Source: Klebsormidium nitens (Eukaryota > Plantae > Klebsormidiophyceae). Taken from it: DNA of 64,000 nucleotides. Under the pieces are notes generated by a model that had not been told where the DNA came from, did not search any database, and saw only the letters and a list, made by a program, of their open reading frames with translations. Positions 30,101 through 41,769 of the stretch are shown here, piece after piece (positions within the stretch are counted from its first letter, which is position 1; each line of letters opens with the position of its first letter). The stretch lies in NCBI GenBank assembly GCA_000708835.1, contig DF237224.1, forward strand, positions 1 to 64,000. Direction: 5' to 3'. A program made the translations under genes and the position numbers.

Positions 30101-32784
30101 CTTCTAATAGGAGTCGACAACTACTCCCAGGCTCGTTGACCTCCAATTACGAAAGCCCAAAACACCCTGCTGTCACTCTTTCGCAGGTGACGTGACTGCC
30201 GCCCAGGCCCTCGACCTGCTGACGTCATCCGACTACACGCTGATCGACCTGCGGACGGAACGGGAAAAGTCCAAGGCGGGCACCCCGTCGCTGCCCAGGG
30301 GCGCGCAGAGCAAGCTCATCCCCGTAGCGTAAGCTGCCCCGGCCCTCCCAAATCTGGTCGGTGTCCCTTTCAGATGCAAGTGCGCCCTGCTTGTTTCTCC
30401 GCGTGATCAGGAAACGGCGAGTAAACGTCGTCCACGGCAGATTCGAAGTTTCATGCGACTAGTCGTCAATTGTCGCCCGGCACCCTGAAAGAGTGCATGC
30501 TTGTCAACCCGTGAAATCCGAGATTTTCGTTTTTCCAATTTGAAAGTACGGGATTGTGGGCGACCGACGATCAAACAGCGTTTCTCCAACTGAGGCGTCA
30601 CATCAAGCTGGGTCCTTGACAAAGTCCTTCCAATGGGTTTTGCCATGCAACGAATAGCCGCGGGGCATGCGCCTAGCCAAATGCTGCTTGATGTCGAGGA
30701 CCGCAAGCCACTTCAGTTGGAGTCTTCCTCTTTCCAAATTGGAGAAACGAAAAGTCGACAAAGACTTGGCAAAGACATGACTTTTGCGTCCCTGCGAGAA
30801 CCAACCGACCGAACGTTGTTCTGTATTTTAGTAACATGTTCGACGTCCTTGAGCCCACATGCTGCACATGAGTGATCGTTCGAGTACCGATACGGGATTT
30901 CATAGCAGCCGTCTGCTGTATCAAAGGGACACAGGCTTGCAATTGACCGAGAATAAGAAAGATGTCACCTCTTTTTTGTCCTGTGGAGCTATTTTGTTGA
31001 GGTGTGGCGCCGATGCGTTTGAGGAGGGGAAGGCGCCACTGTTCCACAGTCTGCCCATCTCTCACACCAGCGTGCCTCCCTTGAATTTTTGCCCCCACAT
31101 TCCCTGCTTTAAGCCCTTTCCGCGGTGCAGCTATAAGATGTTCAAGGATCGGCAGCTGCTATGTTTTCCTCTTTCAGATACGGGACTGCCTTTTCTTACT
31201 CTCGCCCTTCCACCCCTGTAGTAACAAGCTGTTTCCGCGGCGCAGCAATGAGGATTCTCGACCACCGCAAGCCACCTTACTCCACCGTTTAACCCCCTCT
31301 TTACACAAGAAACGCGTTGTCTTTGCAAACCCGCGCCTCAACTTTACCAGCATATCCCTGCGGAGCTTGACCGAGTGAAGACCCCCGTATTTTTGCAGCA
31401 ATGAGGAATTCGAGGACGGCAAGCTGTCCTACTCCAATCTCCGGCTTTCCAGATACGAACTCGTCCTTATAAGAGTATGCGCCCTGCAAAGCTTGACCGA
31501 GCAGAGCTCCCTGTTTTGGATGCAGCAACGAGGAGTTCGAGGACCGCAAGCTGCGCAACCAGCTTCCCTACTCCGTAGTCCCCCGCTTTTTACCAGAAAC
31601 GGTTCTCTTGCAATTCTGCGCCTCACTAAGCATAGTCCCCCATAATTGTGCAGCAACGAGGAGTTCGAGGACCGCAAGCTGCGCAACCAGCTGCGCAACT
31701 CCGGGCGCGTGGAGGCGGAGGTGGCGGCCATCAAGATTGCCAACCTCAAAAAGCTCGGCAAGGGCTCCAAGATCATCCTCCTCGACGGGTGAGATTCCTT
31801 CCGGTCATGCGGTTCAACAGGTTCCGCTCCTCCTCTTTTTCTCTCTTGCAAAGGCTTCACTGCCCAACAGATGAATCTGTACTTACTATGTTGCCATCGA
31901 TTTGCTTCCCACTTGTTGCCTTCGTTTCCACCGTGCACACGCCATTCTGTTGTTGTCTGTTTTCTTCGGCCATTGCTTCTTAACTGCAGTCTGGGTCGCG
32001 GACCCTGCCTCGGAAGGCGTCTGAGAAAGTCACCCCCGTAAACCTGTCTCAAAAGCGAATTCCTGTCGGGCCAAACGAAGTAAAGGCGCGAACGAAATGC
32101 ATCTGATCGTGAATAGCTCAGTTGGTCAGCCAGCAGAGCAGTTATTGAATGAGAACACCCTCCCAGCGAATCAACGATTCAACAGATCCTCGTCGTCTGC
32201 CATCATCTTGTGCAGCGGAGCAAGTCCCGTCACACCAACCCAACTTTCTTTGTCTCACAACTCGAGGTCATAGTCCTGACTTGTTCTGGGTTGGCAGCTT
32301 GCCAATCGTCAAGATCCTCGGAGACTTCGGCTCTGTTCGCGAGTGTACTTTCCTCCGTAGTCGGCCTCAAACGTACGGCACACAGACACAATATCGTTAC
32401 GGATATCCTTGTCATTGTCATTATCATTTTTATTATTTACAGAACATGCAGATTTCGTGTATTGAACTGCGGCCTTTCTTTTGCTCCAGGTCGGGCAACG
32501 TGTCCAAGACGGTGGCCCGCTTCCTGTCCAAGGCCGGCTTCGGCAAGGTGTTCGTCGTGTCCAGCGGCTTCAGCGGCAGCAACGGCTGGGCGCAGAGCAA
32601 GCTGGGCATCGACGAGTACAACCAATCCGGGTTTGAGATCCTTAACCCGGGCCGGGTTATCTCCAACTCGGGCCTCTTTGGCAGCGGGGGGGGCACAACG
32701 CAGGGCACTGCCAAGAAGGGCACCCGGACGATCGACGCCGAGATCCTCAAGCCGAGCCGCTTGTTGAGCGGCGGGAGGGATTGA
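27105..32784 (+). CDS. CAS: Thylakoid calcium-sensing receptor (single transmembrane helix plus rhodanese-like domain), 7 exons
   Basis: Exons 27105-27332, 28001-~28120, 28586-28705, 29206-29410 (TM: VLAAGAGGLFLLYLLAPSL...FRGYA), 30187-30328 (GDVTAAQALDLL...LIDLRTEREKSKAGTPSLP), 31654-31788 (EAEVAAIKIANLKKLGKGSKIILLD) and 32490-32784 (SKTVARFL...SGFSGSNGWAQSKLG). Phases are compatible. Confidence 0.95.
31116..31692 (+). repeat. Tandem array of four degenerate copies of the CAS 3' splice site plus exon start, upstream of the true exon
   Basis: GCAG|C-(A/T)A(C/T)... acceptor/exon-start copies end at 31130, 31245, 31398 and 31525, with the true acceptor at 31653. Spacing is 115, 153, 127 and 128 bp. 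The copy at 31526 matches the true exon for 39 nt. Confidence 0.88.
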
Positions 32785-34226
32785 GTTCCTTGAGAGGGGA
32801 CCCAGCGTTGGCCGTGCTGAACAGGCCTCGGTTTATCTGGCTGGGCGGCCCAACCTGGCCAGTTGCCAGAAACACCTAGCTCCTTTTTGTCCGTCATGTT
32901 GCAAAGTGTTGTGTTTGTTAGCTGACATTGTCGGGGGGCCAGACTTAAGCGCCTGGCCCGTATACTCATGGTGCGTCCTTGATAAGGGACTGCCTTTTCA
33001 GCTGCAGTCGGGTAGCCAGCAGCAATAAAAGAGAAAAGTGGACCGTCCACAAGTCGATGTTGGATTTCCGTCAACAAACTTGGAGCTCAAGCAAAGGAGC
33101 GGGACCTTCAAGTTGCTACAATATGGAACCATCAGTACGATAGTCTATTCACTGGTGCGCACCAGTCAGGATTATCGACCTATCATGCAATCTGTCGGCT
33201 TGCAACCAGATCGCTCCAGTGCAATTCAAACGAGTTGCTGCGCTTGAATATAGCTGAATCGCCACTTCACTTAACATCTTGCATCTCCAACAGGCTCACC
33301 AAAAGCTGGCCCGCGCACAGACGATCGGCCCGGCCATGATCGATAGGATAACCCTATGGATGTGCGCTGGCGGACTGCTGCCGGGATGAAGTTCTAGCTT
33401 GTAGTCGAAGCTGGACCATGCAATTGCAAAATATGTGAGCCTGCATGTTGCATGCGCCTTGCATGATGAGCATATATTGCATTAAAATCGGCTGCGCTCA
33501 GCTGCCATCACATGACTCATTACTCACCATGCATTGGCGTCATGCACTCGTCCTTGCATGTGAACGATTAGTATAGCCCATGATGACGTCATGTAATTCT
33601 ACTTGGCCCAATGATCATCGTCATGGCATGGCATGATCCGCGTCTTGCATTACCTCTGGCACACACGTTTGCCAACGCAAGTTGGAATAAGGTGATTCAA
33701 GTGAAGAATGTGAGATTAAGTCGTTCTGATGAGGCGTCCGATATGATCAAGTATCCTTTTATGATGTTTGCAAAACAAGAAGTCCAGAAGATGTGCACCC
33801 CAGGCTCCCAATGCAATTGTTTGCACTCCGTCGATGTACGCCTACGAGCCCTTTCCAATCGGACGATGCACATTACCGTTGACCAAGGTGCAGAATAAGA
33901 TGGCCGCTATGCAGGTCTTATCGATCAAACCCGCCTTCGGCCAATCCCAGGAGACGAGGGTGAATTTAACTGCCAGACAAGTCCAGCCCTCATACAGAAA
34001 CCTAGCCAGAGACGCCCGTCTCTTCCAGGAACGACCAGTCGTAAACGACACGCAGCTAGAGGTTCTCATCGCTAGGGCATCAGATGCGACAGAAATCGCG
34101 CACACCTCAGGATGCCCCTTTGAGACCCCGCTCAAAAGACACGTCCTGGGGTGTGCAGAATTTCTGAAGCCTGAGAGCACAGACGGCCGGCCGTTCCACA
34201 CCCCGCCTCCTCCAGGATTGCACCAG

Positions 34227-37200
34227 CTACCCTATCGATGGCCCCCCTGATGACGTGTCCAACGCCTCGAAGAGAGATAACATCCTGCCGTAAGCCTGCG
34301 GCGTCTTTTCGGGGAGCGGCTTATACACGGGTATGGTCTTTCCTGCTCCACTCGCATCCCTGGGCATTTTACTCCTCGCTTGGATAGTTCCCTCGCGCCG
34401 CGACCGCTTCCTGCCTCTCCCCGCTAACGCCTCCAGTGGCTTCGACTCTTCGACTCCTGAACCAGTCGCGTCGCCACCCGTTGCCACGAGGGGATCCCCC
34501 GCTGCTTCGTCCAGGTTTTCCTTTCCGCTATCACTCCCCTCTATTGGTTGTTCCCCCCGGTCGGAACCAGCCTCTACCTCTCCTCCCTGTTCTGCCTTCT
34601 CCAAGGCTGCGGCCGAGTCAGGACGATCAACCGACGCTTCTTCCCCCTCCGCGCGCCCGCTCCCGGTCGCCTGCTCGTTCGAACGCGTCCTCTCCTTTCC
34701 TGCTAAGACCCCCGTCTCTGGTTCTTCCACCGCTTTGACGTCCGACTCCACAACTTCCATCTTCACGCTTGCGCCCTGATCAGCACCTTCCGTCACCTCC
34801 TCTTTCTTACACGGCGTGAACGCGCTCCTCCGATGCAGGATCCTGCGGGCACCCTCGTTGCCACGTGGCAACCCCGTCGCACTGCCACGTGGCACCCCCG
34901 CGTCCGCCTCCAGAAAGTCTAGGAACCCGTCGATGGCCGCTCGAGTGCCCGTCGGGCAGGCAGGGTTTTCCGCGAAGAAGCGGTCGAGAGATCCCCGCAG
35001 CTTGGCGATCGCGCCGAGCTGTCCGCGCACGTGTCCGAAGATGGCGTCAATGATGAGGAAGCATTCGGACAGGTCGAGCGACTGGAGGCGGCCCGCGTAC
35101 TTCTCCGCCGGCAGGGGAAACCAAGCCGGGACCTGTGGAACAGACAATGTGAGGCGTCAGGATCGGTTTTAAGGAAACTTGCGACATGCGCAACGCTTCC
35201 TTGCAACCACCATAGCCTTGAGAGTCGAAAAGTCGCAAGCAGTCAAAGAATATTCTGCAGTAGCTTCCTGAATGCTCAAACGCGGTCTGGACCACTTGAC
35301 AAGGTGGACCCGGATCCACCTGTAACAGTGAGGCAGTCGATTGCAAAGGCCACGTGAAATTTTAGAACGTGCCTGCCCTTCTCTATGAAGAAGATCAGTT
35401 CCTTCTCAGGCCCCACCATTCTTTCGCCTGCTCTTTCGAGCGGGCGTCCCTCTTTCTCAGCGGGCGTCCCACTTTACCAGATTCCGTAGGTGAGAGCAGT
35501 CAATCGTCAAGAGCTTACCTGCGACGGATCCTTCCGAGCCCGCTTTCGTGACCCTTTCTGGCTGGTGACGTCATCCATCCCGTTGATGAGGGCCGCGATG
35601 ATGGGCTGCAGGTCGATGTGCCGAACGCCCGACAGGGGCCGCAGGACGTCCGCGATCTTCGGGAGCGCGTTAGCGGCGTCGGTCGGGAAATTGATCGGCC
35701 TGAAAGCGACACAAGGCTAAAGGTGAGACACAAAGCCGTGTAGAAGAACAAGAGAGAGCAGCACTTGCCTTGATATGAGCCATGCCCCCACAAGGGGATT
35801 TTGGCAAAGCAGATTGGATTTAAAAGGCAAAATCGACAAGTTAAGCTTCCCTTGCTCTATTCTAGCTGCCAACAAAGTAAGTTCCATCACCGCTCTTGAG
35901 TAGTCTTCCGAGAAAGCAAACAACTACAAAATGCAGCTAATCCGAAACCTGTCAACCTAAGACTACAGCAGCTATCAAGCTACGAGGAGCTCCTAAAGAT
36001 CCTGGTCAGCATGGCCAGCGGTCGGCCTCTAAGCAATTGTATAGCGGTACAAAGAGAATGACTAGGAACTTCTTCGAGCCGAGTATTCCAAGAACCGGGT
36101 ACGAAAGCCCATAAGGCAAGAATTGACCCGGACACTCTCCCATTCAAAGGCGGCATCGTGAATAAGAAACGGTGACGAATCCGAGACAAGGTGAAACAGA
36201 GTCGAATCTCCCTCAGCCCCTCTTACAGAGAGGTTAGAAGCGGGTTGGCGAAAAAGTTGACACCAAACGCACAAGTTCTGGGGCGAGAAAGCTCCTGTGC
36301 TGTTGTGAGAGCATCAATAGAGTTACAGAAATGGAATCAACAGCATTAAACAAAAGCTCATATTTGTTCACATTTCTGTCCAAGAGTCAGCATGTAAATG
36401 CTGACGGCATAACACAAAACCAAGAAGGTGACCTTTAGGCAGATATAACGACCTTTCTGAAATGCTGACAGCGCTGATAACACCGCAGGACACACGAAGA
36501 AGGGACCTTCCATCAAAGCGAACGAAAACTTCAACAGCTGTTGCCTTACTCGCGGGCGGCCCTCTCGACCTGGTCCATAAGCGCCGGCCCGTACGGCGTC
36601 AGCTGCTGCGAGCACCCCCCCAGTGTGCCGTCCTTCTCAGTCACTACAATCCACACAAACTCCTTCCCGCCCTTCTGCTGCGCACACTTCTCCACTGCTT
36701 CGCTTGCTCTCTCCGCAAACCCCATCTCCTCCGTCTGCGCCTCTTGCAGCAGCGCCCCGTCCGATTCGCCTCCGTTGCTGAGCAGTCCGTTTGCTACCAC
36801 CCCGTTCACCAGCCCTCCGGTTGTTTCTAGGGCAGAAAGCGCGGGGTTGCTTTGCAAGCGAGGGAGCCCTCGTGCGAGGCGCGGGTTCTTCTGGTCCAGG
36901 ATCATCTCGGGAGGCACACCGTTTGCGTACGAAGCAACCGGCTGGAATGCATTCGCCAGCAGGGGGGGCATCCCGTAGCACTCCAGCTCACCCCCCCTTC
37001 GCACGGGCTGCTCGTTGTACTTCCCGAAGGCAGAGAGCATGTTGTCAAACCCGTGCCCCACTCCTCGGTCCTCCGCTGCCATGATGTCACCCCTGACGTC
37101 ACCGTTGCTGGGGGGCCCCTTCACCCGAGACAGGGCCTCTTCCTCCAGGAAGTGGAAGAAGGAGTCCATCCCCGCGCGCGTGCTGATACTGCAGGAGCCG

Positions 37201-38229
37201 TTCTTGTAGGCCCTGTCGAGCATGGAGTGGAGGCCCTGGATGCTGCGCAGGTTCCCGCGCACCTCGTGGAAGATGGAGTCGAGGACGGAGAACAACTGGT
37301 GCAGGTCCATCTTCTGGCTGCGGCTCGCGTACGCCTCCGCCGAGAGTGGGAACCAGGAGGGGATCTGAAAAGAAACAGTTTTCATGGTCAATGCTTTTCA
37401 GCACCAGATTTATATGTAGTGCCTGGTTACAGTTTACTGTCAACCAAGAGCCTGCCATCAGTCCCTTAAATGTGGCCATTGCCGAACTAATGGTTGAACT
37501 CAAAGATGCAATCCTCCCTATGTCAACAGACTTAGGCAAAACGGAGCTTTGTTGAGCAGTGCTGATGAACAGCTGCTTTGAGAACTTGACCTGCCAACGA
37601 CAAGCTCTGCACCGACTAGTGAACCTGATTGCTAATAACAATGTAGAGATTACCAGGGAAGGCAGAATGACTCCTGCACAAAATGACGACCCTTTCTGCA
37701 GATCTTAGCGTACAAAGAAAATGAAATAAGCTGTCATTGAGACAGTACGACGTTAAACTGCACTTGCTCTTGCAAACCAGAGTCAGCAGTGTGCAATGAG
37801 CATTAGCCAAACCAAAAAGATTGAGAACATCAAAGTTGGTCTTGTGGGGCTTTAATGGCAACCAATACAAACACCTAGAAGGGGGATGTCAAGAAGCATT
37901 GACCAGAACTTTTGCTGGGTGTTGCAATCCTAACCATCCAGAGCTTAACATATGGTCACGACTTCAACTTTTCACACCCAAACTCTACAGCCAAACATTG
38001 CGGACATGCTTGAGCGCAGATCCCGGCTTTTGCAGTGGCCCTTACCGTGCTTGGGTCCGCAAGGGCCTTGACCCTGGGCACCTTGTGATTGTTGATCTCA
38101 TTGAAGCCTTGGATCATCATTGCCACGATGGGGTGCAGCTCCACATGCCGAGTTTTCGCCAACGCCAGCAGCACGCTCTCAGTGCGGGGCAGCCGCGGGG
38201 GATCCCCCTCTAGAGCTACCACAACGGGC
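34227..38229 (-). CDS. Unknown protein with an internally duplicated two-exon module; 5' end lies further upstream and is unresolved
   Basis: Exons 38229-38046 (184 nt), 37364-36550 (815 nt), 35699-35519 (181 nt) and 35132-34227 (906 nt, includes stop) join in frame through GT-AG introns of phase 0, 2 and 0. Exons 1 and 3 are mutual homologues, as are exons 2 and 4. Confidence 0.85.
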
Positions 38230-38699
38230 CTGCGCGCAAATAGAGGGGCCAAAGATGAGCAAACCGCCACAAGAAAAGACAAGGACGATGTCCTTGAGCA
38301 ACCCAAGTTGCAGAAGGGAGCAAGGCTGCATAGTCTCTTAGTCAATAGTCACGAGGTGGACAATGTGAGCTCTCAGGGGGATCCCTCTGAAGTCACCGAA
38401 CGGCAGGAGTTTGAGGTGTTTGGCTTAGAAGTGAGAGCAATCCTGTCTATCAGATTTTGTTGGGTGGGTACTGGCGGTGGTCTGACTTCCTGCACACTGG
38501 TGACATCGTCTCTGGCTGTTGGCCAAGCTTTAGGGGATCCCCCCAATGACAGCCTTTCCCATCGTAATGTAGCACGTTTGTAATGCTTATGCCTGGCAGA
38601 ATGCTTGCAATCTTTGGTGAAGCAAGCTGGACACAATGGGGATTTTTTGCTCTGCTGGGCTGTTGTCAAGGGTGGACCCAAGCCCCTTTGAGCAGAGAA

Positions 38700-39130
38700 G
38701 ACCAGAGAAGGGATCCCCCCATCCTAAGGGGATCCCCTCCATTACGCTCCACGGCATGTTCCAAAAGTTTCACGCACTATGCCCAGACTGTGCGTTACCG
38801 CTCCAAATATACCTGCTCTGTTGGGCTGCTGCTAAGGAGCTGTGTCGTTTATGGACAAACTGATTAGGGTAAGGGGATCCCCCCATCCCAAGGGGATCCC
38901 TGCACGACAATCATGGCCTTCTCCAAAGCTCTTACACAAAGTGCCCCGAGACTATGCCCAGACTGTGCGTTACCGCTGCATATTTGTTGTTAAGTTTGTG
39001 CTAAAGAGCTGCGTTCTCTGTGAACAAAAACTGATGAGGGCAGGGGATCCCCCCATCCTGAGGGGATCCCTGCATCAGTACACTTAGCCTCTTTCAAGAG
39101 CTTTACGATGTGTGCCCAGCTTGTACGTTA
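38700..39130. repeat. About 2.5 tandem units of ~165 bp, each headed by a paired GGGGATCCCC palindrome
   Basis: Unit heads GGGATCCCCCCATCC-TAA/CAA/TGA-GGGGATCCC at ~38710, ~38872 and ~39043. The block CTATGCCCAGACTGTGCGTTACCGCT is identical in the first two units and degenerate in the third. Confidence 0.88.
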
Positions 39131-39300
39131 CTGCTCGTGAGACACAGCCAGATTCTCTGCCTGGTTATAATCCCTTGCTACTGCAGCTACGCGCCTCTAA
39201 TGGTCAGCAAGATAGCCTATATGAGCATCAGACTAACGTACTCACCAGAAGAATCAGCCAAGGTAGAGATTACACGTGCACTTCTCAGCGATGAAATGCA

Positions 39301-40512
39301 CTACTCAATGATGGAGTTACCAGAGAGGGTGGAAGGCAACATGACGACACTTTGAGACAGGATGGTGGACCTACGTTCTTCACTGTGGAGCAACTGAAAG
39401 GTGTGGAATGGCCCTTCATGCTCAAACAAAATCTCAATCGTCCCACTCCCCTGTGTTGACAGATGTCTGCTCGTGCTGAGCTTAAGCACGAAATGCTTGT
39501 CCTTCTTGGCGATTACAAAAGCATATTTGGTCCGGGGCAAACTCAGAAGATGGAGATACGCTGTCAAGTAGACTCTACCTTGTCTATCCCCACTCTGCAA
39601 GAGCATCCTTGCACAAGCTCGATAAACACAGCATCCCAGAAAGACAAATGGTGCAAAGATACATCACAGGCAATGCTTGGAGTGCTCCCATCCAATCTCT
39701 GGCGACCTCTTGAAGCCTGACGAAGCCCCCAGGAAACAAGCACAGCAAGCAAATCCTCCTGTCGTCTTTACCACGCTGAATGTCACTCAGAAGACTCGTG
39801 TCCAATAGCAAACGCACCTCTCTGTCGCCTTTTCCACCTCATCGGCCAGCGCAGCTTTGTACGGCTTCAGGTTTGGGGAACATCCACCCAAATGGCCCCC
39901 TCCTCCCTGCATGCCAGATGACTGTCAGCAATGTAGGAGCTCCATAAGCAGTTGATGTGGCTAGAAGTGTCTGCTCTTTAAGAGCCTTCCTAGCAGCACT
40001 TTGTGCCCTAGCAGCACTCACGGGATTCCAGACTCAAGCCAACGATGCCAGCCAAGAGTATCCATGCAAACCATGCAGGCAAATGGCTTGGGCCTCCAGG
40101 CTCAGTGTTGGAGATCCTCTTAAGCACAAATCAATAGCAGATGACCAGGAACACTGTCACAGAGCAACTTAGCACAATGGTAACGAGGGAAGGGGTATTT
40201 AGCAGACATGCTCTATCAGTGATTCTATCCCAGATCATCACCTTATTCTGAATAGCATCAACCAAGAAACGTTCATCCCAGATGACAAACACAGATGGCT
40301 TCTGCATGACGTCAGCTTTGCAGGTATGGGATGCTTGCTCTGGAATGAATACAAGTCACATACCTTGACAACCAGCCATATGTACCCGCTTCCCCCCACA
40401 CACAAAGCCAATTCCTCCATCAATTCCTCCATCCTGTAAACCAGCTCCTCAGATGACCGCTGAGGCCTCCCTGCCACATGTGACTTCATCGCGAAGTGGT
40501 TGCAAGCGTACA
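39301..40512 (-). CDS. Chain of five coding exons of unknown product, probably the 5' part of the duplicated-module gene or a separate gene
   Basis: Exons ~40512-40364, 40301-40242, 39906-39818, 39716-39668 and 39594-~39370 join in frame at GT-AG junctions: YACNHFAMKSH...IWLVVK/KPSVFVIWDERFLVDAIQNK/GGGGHLGG...EVEKATE/RLQEVARDWMGALQALP/SGDRQGRVYLTAYLHLL...HTFQLL. I could not fix the start codon or the link to exon 38229. Confidence 0.55.
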
Positions 40513-41606
40513 CTTATAGTTTCCTGGATGCCAGCTTATGACTTGGCTAAGTTATAAGCGTGAGACAGAGCATGTTTGCTTTGCTGAGCTTGTCTTGAAT
40601 AAACTCAGGCTTGAACACACGGCTCCTTGGACTCGCATCACCTAACAATCCTTGCAGATTGCCCTTCTACTGCTTCGCGTAGCCCAGCGCAGATCGGTCC
40701 ATACAAGCTAGGTTCAACAAACATCAGCAGGCCGAAGAGAGGTACTAGCAGATCACAGCTTATCTTGTTTCTACAACAAACCACCTGCTTTCTGGAAGCA
40801 GGACCCGTTACCCAGCACGTGAAAGTCTACTGCTTTCTGAAGAGGCCACGGAGTCGAGCCACAATCTCCGCTCAAAAGGCAGACAACATAGCCTTCCTCT
40901 CAGGGCAGTCCTCGAACTTGAAGTTGAACGAAGATGGTCCTTCGAACGAAGTGACGAGGGGCTCCCTCAACCCCTGGAGGCTGGAATCCTCGCCTCGACG
41001 CTTGAAGCCAAGCATTTGCCTGGACACTGGCGCAGATTCACAGCGGAGCTGGCGCCGGCGGCAAGCCAATTTCAAATTGAAGCTTCAGGAATCCCCCAGA
41101 AATGCCCGTATGCTCAACAGGGGAGAGAATATTAGGCCAAATTATTTGTTTCTGTGGACAAGGGTTAGCGAGCCCCGTGAAGACTACCGACAGATTAAAT
41201 GATATAGGTAGATCCAACGACAGGTTCACTTTGACTCAGTAACCAGTTACGAAGAGTGGTCGGAGGCAAGAAACCAGGGCGAGAACATGTTACCCAAGGA
41301 AATGCTCGTATACAGAAGCTGTTGTACAGGCTATGAGAAAGGTTCAGAAGAGTTCTCCTGCAGGGGGGAAGGTTTGTGCACGAACAAGGCATGCAAGAAC
41401 CCCCCACCATGGCGGACCTGGAGGTCATGACGATGGGCATGACACGGTTCGGATCCTGATCGTTATTGGTTGGCCCAGATCTAGGCGCGCGCAACAGGGG
41501 TGGAGCCGTCAGATTTGGCCTCGTCTCAGTGCAGCCGTCCACGTGTCAGGTTCTGTAAGGAGCTTGGGTGATCCCCTTGAGCCGTTCGTCTAGGGGGATC
41601 CCACGT

Positions 41607-41769
41607 GTACCTACGTACGGTAATTTGCTCAAGACTCAACATGCGTGTGCGGAAAGGTGGGACAGGTACCAGTACAGGCCCGGGGTACAGGGTACCGTAG
41701 GACCTGAAGGCTGAATCACCAGGTACCGTAGGTACTCATGAGTACCTGCCTTAGTACCTAGTACGGTAC
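41607..41769. other. GTAC-dense block with a perfect 18-bp palindrome, between divergent transcription units
   Basis: 12 GTAC sites lie in ~163 bp. AGGTACTCATGAGTACCT is at 41730-41747, and GGTACCGTAGG occurs twice. Confidence 0.75.

Noticed and set aside
31116-31692. Repeat-spacer pattern resembling a CRISPR array, inside a gene named CAS
   Set aside because: The repeats are degenerate copies of a splice acceptor and exon start, the spacers are 90-120 bp and partly homologous to each other, there are no cas genes, and CAS here means calcium-sensing receptor.
31429-33077. 207-aa and 214-aa ORFs on the - strand over CAS
   Set aside because: They are antisense to CAS exons. The internal repeat LRSLRSSNSSLLH just reflects the decoy-acceptor array.
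33768-34250. 160-aa ORF on the + strand
   Set aside because: It overlaps the 3' end and UTR of the - strand unknown gene, has no recognisable motif or splice support, and lacks GC3 bias.
38700-39130. Palindromic repeats at regular spacing as a CRISPR array
   Set aside because: The intervening sequences are homologous to each other, so these are tandem repeats rather than unique spacers.
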